Source: a virus
Taxonomy: Duplodnaviria > Heunggongvirae > Uroviricota > Caudoviricetes
DNA length: 64,000 nucleotides
IMG/VR virus record: IMGVR_UViG_2833096052_000002
Span: 38,750 to 102,749 of that record
Direction: 5' to 3' (one strand)
Each line of letters opens with the position of its first letter. Positions within the stretch are counted from its first letter, which is position 1. Positions 18,864 through 27,657 of the stretch are shown here, in pieces. The notes under the pieces are model-generated. The model made no database searches. It was not told where the DNA came from and worked only from the letters and a program-made list of their open reading frames with translations. A program made the position numbers and the translations under genes.

Positions 18864-19806
18864 TCAAATTCACCTCAATTTTTGGTTCATCAATAAACTT
18901 TGCCAATAGTCCTTCATGGTAGAATACCTTGTCACTTTCAGTAATTTCTTCTCCCAAGAAATATCTAAGTACGAATGGCATCATATAGTTGTCTAAACAT
19001 TTGAACTCAATACTATATTCTCCATTTTCTTTGTAGATTTTTTTACAGTATCCGTCAGTACCATTGATTTTGTGGAGCGAAAATAATTCAACTCTGAATG
19101 GAATATTAGATTTTGTACTTAATCTTTCTTCAACACAATTTCTCACAAGACTTAACATGTGCAAATTACTTGCCGTTGTCATATCATAAACAATCTCATC
19201 ATTTGAAAAGAATACAATTCTCTCTTCACCAATGATGTCATATAATAACGATAATGTCTGATCCATAAGGTACTTTTCATAGGTGATATGTCTTTTAGGA
19301 TTACAATTACCAAGAATAACCTGGCGAACATATTTACTATTTGCAATATGTTCGTTATCCGTGAATTGAGAAATAAAATCTTCCCATGTATCAGTCCCAC
19401 GAAATATATTCTTATCATATTCGTGTAAAGATGAAAAATTAGCCTTTCTCATATCAATACTTATAAAAACTCTTCCAGTATTAGTTGGCTTAAATATGTC
19501 TTTATTAGATAAATTTTTATGAATCACAGTGAATTTATTCATATCTTCCGCATTAAATCTCTGATATGCTTCTGACTCCTTGATACTTGTAATAGCTGCA
19601 TCCTTTACATGATTATATTCTTCAAAATAATCCTGCTCACAATTATACCCCTGTAATTCACTTGCAAATATAATCCACTTGTCAACAGTTCCATAGAATT
19701 CATCAAAAAGCTTAATTCTATCTAAAAAATATGGCTCTTGGAATAATCTAATTGGTATATTGCAATCCTTACAGAATCTTTCTTTTGCTCTATTTGATAT
19801 TTCCAT
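18844..19806 (-). CDS. hypothetical protein (320 aa)
   Basis: ORF track. Confidence 0.45.
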   Translation of the reverse strand: MEISNRAKERFCKDCNIPIRLFQEPYFLDRIKLFDEFYGTVDKWIIFASELQGYNCEQDYFEEYNHVKDAAITSIKESEAYQRFNAEDMNKFTVIHKNLSNKDIFKPTNTGRVFISIDMRKANFSSLHEYDKNIFRGTDTWEDFISQFTDNEHIANSKYVRQVILGNCNPKRHITYEKYLMDQTLSLLYDIIGEERIVFFSNDEIVYDMTTASNLHMLSLVRNCVEERLSTKSNIPFRVELFSLHKINGTDGYCKKIYKENGEYSIEFKCLDNYMMPFVLRYFLGEEITESDKVFYHEGLLAKFIDEPKIEVNLNEEIEN

Positions 19807-20849
19807 CAGATATCTCCTTTCACAATTCTCTCATTTACATACATCTTAAATTCATTGATTTTCTTATAATTAGGTTTGTCAGGCAAAGATGTATTTTCTT
19901 TTGCATATTCAAAACGTTTTTCATATTCATTCAATAAATCATAGAACTCAGAAATAGGTTGCCTATTTTTATCTAAATATTCTCCATTTCTAATACTCAT
20001 GAGTAAATCGTGTTCATCTGATCTATAAGTGATAATCTCTTCCTTTTCAAGAATATCAATACACATCATATATAAACGAATCAGATGTGCCATATGTTTA
20101 CCAAGTTTATCATGAGCAACTGCTTTTTCATTTCGTTTGCCAAATTTACTGTAACTACTTACAATGGATTTCATTTCGTTCCACATTCCAGCCCAATCTC
20201 TTAATGGGTAATGTTTCAAATTTACATCCATAAAAATTTCACTGTCATATCCTTCCTGAACAGCTTTATCAATATACAGTTTCAAATCACTTTCATTGTA
20301 TGGATAATATCTATTTTTAAATTCATATTGAGCATTGTTAATACTTCTCAAAATATATGCTTCATTTTCTGCCTGACCAACTAACCTTGCAGCTTTGTTC
20401 TCCATGCGTCTTAACTGTGAAGACGAATAACCACCAAAAGTATGAATACAAACTTTTGATAAAAACATTTTTCTATTGTCTAAAAGTTCTCTTCCAATAT
20501 CAGACAAATGCAAATAATGTTCTGGTAGACAACCGAGTTGTTCAATTGTATTAGGATTATTCGATGTAAGAAGCTGAATCATTTTGTTAAATGAATATAC
20601 TGTGGTGTCTGTATCGGTATTTACGACCTGTTCAAAATCTGTTCCAAGTAAAATATCTGATTTGCTGTTGAGTGCAATACCTCTCACATCTAAATCAGAT
20701 CCTTCTTTATCCATTCCATATGCATGACTTCCACCAAGAGTTAAGATAATGATATTGTCACCCAAATTCTTATCTGTTCTCAGGAAGTCATACTCTTTTG
20801 ATTTTAATTTGTCCTTAATCTGTTTAATTGTCATTGTCTTAACCTCCAA
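19806..20849 (-). CDS. Pol-beta superfamily nucleotidyltransferase domain protein
   Basis: LTLGGSHAYGMDKEGSDLDVRG = GS-x(9-13)-DxD minimal NTase motif. Confidence 0.5.
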   Translation of the reverse strand: MEVKTMTIKQIKDKLKSKEYDFLRTDKNLGDNIIILTLGGSHAYGMDKEGSDLDVRGIALNSKSDILLGTDFEQVVNTDTDTTVYSFNKMIQLLTSNNPNTIEQLGCLPEHYLHLSDIGRELLDNRKMFLSKVCIHTFGGYSSSQLRRMENKAARLVGQAENEAYILRSINNAQYEFKNRYYPYNESDLKLYIDKAVQEGYDSEIFMDVNLKHYPLRDWAGMWNEMKSIVSSYSKFGKRNEKAVAHDKLGKHMAHLIRLYMMCIDILEKEEIITYRSDEHDLLMSIRNGEYLDKNRQPISEFYDLLNEYEKRFEYAKENTSLPDKPNYKKINEFKMYVNERIVKGDI

Positions 20850-20958
20850 AATTTTATATATCTGTTTTTACTCGTTGCTTAAAGTTTGGGACATCCTTAT
20901 TATCCTTGTTACGAGAACGAATTAAATATACATATAAATTTGACATTGTATTATCCTC

Positions 20959-21399
20959 CTAATCTTTTAGTCTATATGGGCTACAAAGCTTCACAATGTC
21001 GTAAAATGAAGTATACTCATCTCTATTATTTGCATAATCAACTAAACAATCATGACAATTTCTGTGAAACTTTTTACATCTCCAAGCAGTACTTCCTATT
21101 GCGTCACCAGGAGCACATAAATCCATTTCTTCCCATTCTTTAACTTTTTCTTTGGGTGTGATTTTTCCTCTTGAATGAATGTCATCTATTTGTTCCTGAG
21201 TTAATGATTTAAATTTTGGCTTTATGTATATTGGGATTTCTTCAACACATTTAGCAGTTTGTTTTATATCATTTTTTATAATCTCTTTTTTCTTTGAGGA
21301 TGTATATAGATCTATTTCTACAACTAAATATCCCAATACAATAATCAAGCAAAGTATCAAAATAAAAATCTTTATATATTCTATAAATTTCACCTCCAA
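20959..21399 (-). CDS. membrane-anchored protein
   Basis: N-terminal TM helix IFILILCLIIVLGYLVV. Confidence 0.4.
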   Translation of the reverse strand: MEVKFIEYIKIFILILCLIIVLGYLVVEIDLYTSSKKKEIIKNDIKQTAKCVEEIPIYIKPKFKSLTQEQIDDIHSRGKITPKEKVKEWEEMDLCAPGDAIGSTAWRCKKFHRNCHDCLVDYANNRDEYTSFYDIVKLCSPYRLKD

Positions 21400-21432
21400 A
21401 AATTCCGCAAGAAATGTGCGTTTCTTAACAAA

Positions 21433-21717
21433 TTATTTATCTAGAATTTTATACCTATTTGGAAATAAGGAATCATCCAATACAGCAGATATTTCAATTT
21501 TGGTTCTTTTGTATCTATCTTTATCTGGCGCTAATACCCTATTCCCATCAGAATCATTTGCAATTTCAAATACATACTGAACAGTTCTGTCGCCTCTGCA
21601 CATTGTGCTCAATGATACTATTGCACCGACTCCATTTTCTTTTTCATATTCCTCTAATTTTTCAATTATTTCATGTGTACTTGCCACTTTTAATTCAAAC
21701 ATTTTGTACCTCCGCAT
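21433..21717 (-). CDS. hypothetical protein (94 aa)
   Basis: ORF track. Confidence 0.4.
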   Translation of the reverse strand: MRRYKMFELKVASTHEIIEKLEEYEKENGVGAIVSLSTMCRGDRTVQYVFEIANDSDGNRVLAPDKDRYKRTKIEISAVLDDSLFPNRYKILDK

Positions 21718-21723
21718 TCTTTT

Positions 21724-22107
21724 TTACCTGCTAAACAAATATTCATCACACTTATATCCGTTCTGATTTAACCAGTCTGCAACTAAATGTCTGTGACAAA
21801 AATCCGTTGGTTTTTCGTAACAAATTAAACAAATGTCGCATTCACCAACATTAAAACCATAACATATCCTTGATAAATCCAGAATAACATCTGTTGCATT
21901 TAATTTACTTAACACTTGCTCGTTAAAACATTTAATGTAATATTCGTTGTCATGATTTTTCTTCCATTCCATAAAGAAATCATATCTTGGCGCAAGTTTC
22001 TTATACTGCAATCCTGTATACCAATCAGGTGCTTTACCACAAATGCTAATTGGAACAATATTATCTGGCAAGGATTTTAACTTTGCAAAATAACTCGTAT
22101 AAATCAC
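21724..22107 (-). CDS. hypothetical Cys/His-rich protein (127 aa)
   Basis: ORF track. Confidence 0.4.
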   Translation of the reverse strand: MIYTSYFAKLKSLPDNIVPISICGKAPDWYTGLQYKKLAPRYDFFMEWKKNHDNEYYIKCFNEQVLSKLNATDVILDLSRICYGFNVGECDICLICYEKPTDFCHRHLVADWLNQNGYKCDEYLFSR

Positions 22108-22182
22108 TCTTTATTATCCTCCCAACCTTCACCAACATAGGCTAATCTGTCTCTAACTGGCATAGTATATACCTCTCTTTCT

Positions 22183-22214
22183 ATAAAAAAGGACTGACCA
22201 ACTGTTCGTCAGCC
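22183..22214 (-). terminator. rho-independent terminator
   Basis: minus-strand hairpin CTGAC-GAACAGTTG-GTCAG followed by TCCTTTTTT; downstream of the 128-aa gene. Confidence 0.5.
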
Positions 22215-22228
22215 AGCCCATAAAAACA

Positions 22229-22615
22229 TTACTCTAACTCTGCAAGTGCCTTATCCAGTTCCTCATCAGACATATTTTCAAGTGCTGCATCTTGTCTCTT
22301 AGCCTTGATTTCAAGCAATCTCTGTCTCATCTCAGCATTTTTCTTAGCGTCTTCTCTCTTCTTTTTCTCATCCAGCTTCACACTAACAATATACTTGACA
22401 ATTTCAATCTTATTAGAAATTTCCTCATCTTCCTTTGACTTGGTATTCAGAAGACTTTCTTCCTCAGACTTCTTTGCTTCTGCATTGAGTGTTTTAAACA
22501 CTGAGTCCAGATTTGTGAGAGACAAATCCCACAAGTCAATTACGTTAATCATTCCTCTAAATGGGAACTGATAGTTTGCTCTTGTTGCATTGATAAATAA
22601 TTCGTTGTTTGTCAT
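22229..22615 (-). CDS. coiled-coil Lys/Glu-rich protein
   Basis: ORF track; last gene before terminator. Confidence 0.45.
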   Translation of the reverse strand: MTNNELFINATRANYQFPFRGMINVIDLWDLSLTNLDSVFKTLNAEAKKSEEESLLNTKSKEDEEISNKIEIVKYIVSVKLDEKKKREDAKKNAEMRQRLLEIKAKRQDAALENMSDEELDKALAELE

Positions 22616-22636
22616 AATAATAATCTCCTTTTCTAA

Positions 22637-24694
22637 TTAAAACTTAATCTTCATTACACGCTCTGTTGCACCCTTAACCTTAACAACTAAATCTGCTCTC
22701 TTTGTCATAGAGAATCCAATTCCTGAAAGCTGATCATCAGTATCTTCTACATGACACTTAGCACCTAAAGCCTCAAATACTCTCTTGTGCTTTTCAAGGT
22801 CACTCTTTAAGAACTCATTGTAGTAACCGTTTGGCTCTTCGTTATTCACACAATCCTTCAGGAAGAAGAACAAATGTCTATGACCAATTCCATCCTGCTC
22901 ATCAAAGTAGTTTGGACTATAACTAATTACTGATACAGGTACAAACTGATTTGTATTTACGCCCCAAATCTCACGACTTGAAATAGATGAATTACCTGCT
23001 AGTTTTTCCTTAATTGAGAAGTTGCCATTCGAATCAAGTGTTACTTCTGCAACCTGAACCTTTTCACCTGTTCTCATTGAGTTACTATAGTCAAACTTAT
23101 AAATTTCGCCATTAAACTCAATCTCGGCTCTGAATCCATGTCTTACACTTCCTGAATACTGATGTACAAAGAACTTATAAACACCTGGCTTCATTCTTGA
23201 TAAATCTTCCCAAGTAATATTCTCCACTGCAATCTCTCCACATGGATCAATGACATCAACATCTAACTGACCACCCATAGAAGTAATTCTTGGTGCTTTA
23301 TAACTGCCATAGTAGATTTCTGTACCATTTGGCTCAATACAATGTGCATCAAGGTCGTAATTATCATGACCATCTTCGTTCCACTGAATAGAAAATCTGA
23401 GAATCCCATCGACATTACCGCCAGCAGCTTTTACATTCTGCTTCATATCAGAGTCAGTAATGTTTCCTGAATAAGCCCAAGATAATCCATTATTCCATTT
23501 GAACATTGTCTTAGCGTCTGGATTAACAGGTGCAATCATAGAAACAAAGTTCTTCTCATGTTTATTCTCTACAAAAGCTTCAATCTCCTTTGCAGTTGGA
23601 AGTACCTTATCAATGAAATCCTGTGCCGAAATCTCCTCAACCTTAGAAAACTTCTTAGGACTTACAGCAACATCTTTTTCCATCTGACCAAAAATATCAT
23701 CTGCGCCAACCATTCTTCTTGCAGCACTCTTATTTGAGAACAGTACATTATTTACAGTAATATCATTCAGATTAGCAAATCTTCTCTGTAATGAATCCAT
23801 ATATCCAAGTTCTGTAACGGTTTTCTTTGCATCCTCAAGCATCTTCTTTGTAAAAATAGCCTTTGGACGCTTATAATTGCTTGGAGCGACAATCTGTTCA
23901 TACTTCTTAACTGCTGCATCGAGATCCATATCCTCACTTACATTAATAAGAAGTGTTCCAATAGAATGATTTCTAATTCTACCGATAGCCATACCTGCTG
24001 TTACCGACTTCTCCCAAGCATATAAATCCTTTTCAGTATCAGAAGTCAGCTTATCATATTCCTTCTTATACTTCTTGAACTCTGTGAGTACGCCTTTCCA
24101 CTCTTCGCCCTTGTAAAGTGTATTTGAATTGATAAGTTCAAGAATTGTATCAAGTGCTTCCATAGTAATCTCATCAAGAGAACGCTTAAATACATTTCTT
24201 GTATCTCTGAACTGTCCTTTAACTTCCTCGTTAGAACGACTACTTCTATTTACGAATTTGCTTGGAAGCTCTAAGAAGAAATGATCCCACTGATGAGATT
24301 TTCCATTGATTTCCTCAAAGTTAAAATCTGTACCAATCTTAGGGAACTTAGTTGTATAAATATCTGTAACTGTATGAGTCTTTACAAAAGCGTCAAGTGC
24401 ATCGCATACTGGCTGATATGTTGTATCACCAAGATTCAGTTCCCAAATTGTATGAATCTGATTATCCTTGATAGTGACAGCAGAACCAATATTCTTAATA
24501 AACTGTCTACAACAACTACAATCATGTTCTCTACGCTCTCTGAAAATCTCATTTGTACCAGCAGGGAAGCTATCAAGATATGTATTCCATAATTCATCCT
24601 TATCTACATTTACTTCAAATAAATGTGTTGCCTCTTTCTGCATTTCATCGAAATGCTTCTGTAAAGCCTTTTTAAACATCATAAATCCATCCAT
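22637..24694 (-). CDS. large hypothetical protein (about 685 aa) with possible TerD-like C-terminal domain
   Basis: Start placed at ATG 24694 (MDGFMMF, SD AAGAGGT 7 nt upstream) rather than track start 24883. The C-terminal segment ...YDLDAHCI...GGQLDVDVID...VYKFFVHQY...HGFRAEIEF loosely parallels TerD DLDAS / GDGDDE / beta-sandwich pattern. Confidence 0.55.
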   Translation of the reverse strand: MDGFMMFKKALQKHFDEMQKEATHLFEVNVDKDELWNTYLDSFPAGTNEIFRERREHDCSCCRQFIKNIGSAVTIKDNQIHTIWELNLGDTTYQPVCDALDAFVKTHTVTDIYTTKFPKIGTDFNFEEINGKSHQWDHFFLELPSKFVNRSSRSNEEVKGQFRDTRNVFKRSLDEITMEALDTILELINSNTLYKGEEWKGVLTEFKKYKKEYDKLTSDTEKDLYAWEKSVTAGMAIGRIRNHSIGTLLINVSEDMDLDAAVKKYEQIVAPSNYKRPKAIFTKKMLEDAKKTVTELGYMDSLQRRFANLNDITVNNVLFSNKSAARRMVGADDIFGQMEKDVAVSPKKFSKVEEISAQDFIDKVLPTAKEIEAFVENKHEKNFVSMIAPVNPDAKTMFKWNNGLSWAYSGNITDSDMKQNVKAAGGNVDGILRFSIQWNEDGHDNYDLDAHCIEPNGTEIYYGSYKAPRITSMGGQLDVDVIDPCGEIAVENITWEDLSRMKPGVYKFFVHQYSGSVRHGFRAEIEFNGEIYKFDYSNSMRTGEKVQVAEVTLDSNGNFSIKEKLAGNSSISSREIWGVNTNQFVPVSVISYSPNYFDEQDGIGHRHLFFFLKDCVNNEEPNGYYNEFLKSDLEKHKRVFEALGAKCHVEDTDDQLSGIGFSMTKRADLVVKVKGATERVMKIKF

Positions 24695-24922
24695 GTTTTG
24701 TACCTCTTCTTTCTTATATTTATTTTTGTTAATTGTTTCTACTGTTATATTCTCCGTTTTATAAATTAAAAGGTTTATTTTATTGCCCTTTGATAGAGTT
24801 AGTAGGTTATGACACCTACTAGCCCTTGAATTATTTATTCTTCTTACGTTTTCCTGCAATAAAACCTGCTCCAAAGCATACACCGAGACAGATTACGAAA
24901 ACTCCAATGTTTAATACAATCA

Positions 24923-25672
24923 TTACTTATTACCTCTCTGTCTCTTCATATCATCAAGGATCTGACGAGCATTGCGCTCTCTTTCAGAATTAGCAAGTCT
25001 TCTCTCATTTGCCTGTGCGCTAGAATCATATGCAATTCTACTTCCTTCTGCACGTTCTCTTGTCTTTCTTGCTCCTTCACGAACTCTTTCAAGCATTCTA
25101 TCGCTCTCATTATTCGTATTAAGACTATCCATACTCTGATGAAGTTCGATAATCTGACTATCGGCTTCCATCTGAAAAAGAACCTGTTCCTTTTCCTCTT
25201 TAAGTTTCTGCAATTCTTCGGCTGCCTGATCACGAATGTCTTTCTGGTGAGCCTGTGCTTCTTTCATCTCTTCGATTGTATCTTTTAGTACATTAATCTT
25301 ATTCTCCAAAGTAGACTTCTTCATTGCATACTGCATTGCTTCATTTTCTTTATTTTCATCAAGACAAGCATTAATCTGCTGTGTAACACGCATAATATCT
25401 TTATTTGCCTGATATAAATCCTTTTCTGCTGTATCACGCTTTCCTGAAATTTCAGCATATGTAGCAGATGCCTTGTTATAAAAATCTTCCTTTTCTCTAA
25501 TGGCTGCGTTGTAATAATCTCTAGCACCTTCTGGTGTCTGTGCATCCTGACGCATTACTTCATCCGTTCTTCCTTTAAACTTTACTCGAAGCTGTTTACC
25601 AAAAGGAGTAAAGAAAAGAATCAGTGCAATTAATACAATCGCCACAATTATAATAAACATAAAATTTGTCAT
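24923..25672 (-). CDS. membrane-anchored coiled-coil protein, PspA/IM30-like
   Basis: N-terminal TM (FMFIIIVAIVLIALILFF) then long charged coiled coil with PspA-like periodicity. Confidence 0.35.
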   Translation of the reverse strand: MTNFMFIIIVAIVLIALILFFTPFGKQLRVKFKGRTDEVMRQDAQTPEGARDYYNAAIREKEDFYNKASATYAEISGKRDTAEKDLYQANKDIMRVTQQINACLDENKENEAMQYAMKKSTLENKINVLKDTIEEMKEAQAHQKDIRDQAAEELQKLKEEKEQVLFQMEADSQIIELHQSMDSLNTNNESDRMLERVREGARKTRERAEGSRIAYDSSAQANERRLANSERERNARQILDDMKRQRGNK

Positions 25673-25681
25673 ACAATCCTC

Positions 25682-26263
25682 CTACTCTGCATCAATTCCA
25701 TACTGATTACATAGTGCCTTTAATCCACCGTTATAGCCACTTCCTACAGCCTTAAACTTCCATTCACCATTATGTTTATAAATTTCAGCTACGACTAACG
25801 CAGTCTCGGTAGAGAAGTCTTCACTTAAATCAAAACGAATAAGCTCCTCGCCTGTCTCTTCGTCTACTACACGCACATATGCGTTTCCAACCATACCGAA
25901 GTTCTGAAGTCTACTCTCAGCATCATAAATTGTGACCGTCACAGCAAGAGTCTCATAGTCTGATGGGATTTTATCAAGTTTAATCTTAATAACCTCATCA
26001 TCTCCATCTCCCTCACCTGTACGATTATCTCCCATATGCTTTACACTCTTTGAACTATGTTCAAGATTACCATAGAAAATGAAATCCTCATCCTTGCCAA
26101 CCTTGCCATTCTCTTTTGTCATAAACACAGAGGCATCGAGATCAAAATCTGCTTCTCCATCATAATGATTAATATCCCATCCAAGTCCAACAAGAATGTT
26201 TTTTAATGATGGTCTACCCTTTGTTAAATCTACTCTCTGTCCTTTACTTAACGAAACTGACAT
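25682..26263 (-). CDS. TerD-family protein (paralog 1)
   Basis: MSVSLSKGQRVDLTK...LGWD...DFDLDASVF...GDNRTGEGDGDDEVI. Confidence 0.8.
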   Translation of the reverse strand: MSVSLSKGQRVDLTKGRPSLKNILVGLGWDINHYDGEADFDLDASVFMTKENGKVGKDEDFIFYGNLEHSSKSVKHMGDNRTGEGDGDDEVIKIKLDKIPSDYETLAVTVTIYDAESRLQNFGMVGNAYVRVVDEETGEELIRFDLSEDFSTETALVVAEIYKHNGEWKFKAVGSGYNGGLKALCNQYGIDAE

Positions 26264-26275
26264 AATTAAATCCTC

Positions 26276-26851
26276 CTACTTGTATCTTCTTATTAATTCG
26301 CTAACACTTGAATCATTTGTTCCCTGACCGATAGCGTTAAATTTCCACTCTCCGTCTTTCTTATAAACCTCTGCAAATACCATTGCTGTCTTACCAGCAT
26401 AATCATCTGAAAGATTGTATTTACAAATTTCCTTACCAGTTGACTCATCAACAAGTCTAATGTACGCATTCTTGATAAGTCCAAAATCCTGCTTTCTTGA
26501 AGTGCAATCATAGATATTTACTACAAATACAATCTTCTCAACCTTATTTGTAATATTCGCAAGGTCAACTGTAATCTGCTCATCATCGCCGTCTCCATCT
26601 CCTGTGAGGTTGTCGCCATGATGATACACACATCTATCTTCTGCTGATCTGTCACCATAATAAACACATGTACGATACTTATCATCTTTTCCTAAAATAA
26701 TTGCTGAAGCATCGCAATCAATGTTTGGCTTAGAATTAAAAAATCCTTTCTTAACAGCATCCCATCCAAGTCCTACCATAATCTTTGTAAGACCACCTGC
26801 TACTTCCTTAGATAAATTAATTTTCTGTCCTTTGACTAAATTTACTGACAT
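26276..26851 (-). CDS. TerD-family protein (paralog 2)
   Basis: MSVNLVKGQKINLSK...GLGWD...GDNLTGDGDGDDEQI. Confidence 0.8.
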   Translation of the reverse strand: MSVNLVKGQKINLSKEVAGGLTKIMVGLGWDAVKKGFFNSKPNIDCDASAIILGKDDKYRTCVYYGDRSAEDRCVYHHGDNLTGDGDGDDEQITVDLANITNKVEKIVFVVNIYDCTSRKQDFGLIKNAYIRLVDESTGKEICKYNLSDDYAGKTAMVFAEVYKKDGEWKFNAIGQGTNDSSVSELIRRYK

Positions 26852-26869
26852 ATATATTCTCCTTCCACT

Positions 26870-27484
26870 TTATAAATCCAGACCAAAATTTCTACCAATA
26901 GCAGCTAAACCACCATTGTAACCTGAACCAACTGCATTAAACTTCCATTCACCGTTCTTACGATACAACTCACCTGCAATAACACCTGTCTCTAATGAGA
27001 AATCCTCATTAAGTTCATATTTGAAAAGTTCCTCATTTGTATCAGCGTTGTATGCTCTAATGTACGAATTATCAACCATTCCGAAATTCTGTAAACGATT
27101 TTCTGCATCATAAATTGTCGCTGAGAAGCTAATCTTTGTAATATTAGATGGAATCTTATTTAACTCAACAATCATTGTCTCGTCATCGCCATCACCTACA
27201 CCTGTTCTATTATCACCAGAATAAATCAATGCTCCACTTGGATGCTGTGGCTGACCATAAAATACGAAATCTTGTTCGCCTGTTACCTTTCCTGAATCAT
27301 CGGTAAAAAATGCTGACACATCCAAATCAAAATCTGCATTACCATCGTATCTATTTGTATCCCATCCAAGACCAAATACGACTTTGTTTAAACCTGCATT
27401 GCCTTTTGTAAGGTCAATCTTCTGACCTTTAACTAAACTAATTGACATATTATTTTTCCTCCTTATTCTTGGGAAGGCTGTCAA
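26870..27484 (-). CDS. TerD-family protein (paralog 3)
   Basis: ISLVKGQKIDLTK...GLGWD...DFDLDVSAF...GDNRTGVGDGDDETM. Confidence 0.8.
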   Translation of the reverse strand: MTAFPRIRRKNNMSISLVKGQKIDLTKGNAGLNKVVFGLGWDTNRYDGNADFDLDVSAFFTDDSGKVTGEQDFVFYGQPQHPSGALIYSGDNRTGVGDGDDETMIVELNKIPSNITKISFSATIYDAENRLQNFGMVDNSYIRAYNADTNEELFKYELNEDFSLETGVIAGELYRKNGEWKFNAVGSGYNGGLAAIGRNFGLDL

Positions 27485-27641
27485 CCTTCCCTTTTAATAA
27501 TTTAAAAGAAATTGGGAATGTGAGTAACGTTAGAAAAATAAATGGAATAAAGCGTGTAATACATGCTACAACAACACTAATTGAAAAACATATAAGAGTA
27601 ATAATCTCTACTGTTTTATAACTTTTATCTCTCATTACCAT
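27450..27641 (-). CDS. small two-TM membrane protein
   Basis: hydrophobic 63-aa ORF between ATPase and TerD genes. Confidence 0.35.
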   Translation of the reverse strand: MVMRDKSYKTVEIITLICFSISVVVACITRFIPFIFLTLLTFPISFKLLKGKVDSLPKNKEEK

Positions 27642-27657
27642 ATTCTCATCTCCTCAA

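Noticed and set aside
24795-24830. 8-bp hairpin TAGTAGGT-TATGAC-ACCTACTA upstream of the 685-aa gene as a terminator
   Set aside because: Not followed by a U-tract on the minus strand; plus-strand tail only moderately T-rich; left as an uncharacterised hairpin
25682-26275. Possible TerD2-TerD1 and TerD1-membrane protein fusions through TAG, since the downstream genes are in frame
   Set aside because: Each junction contains a canonical TAGGAGGA SD with an ATG 5-8 nt later, and the fusion products would be implausible; treated as ordinary translational coupling
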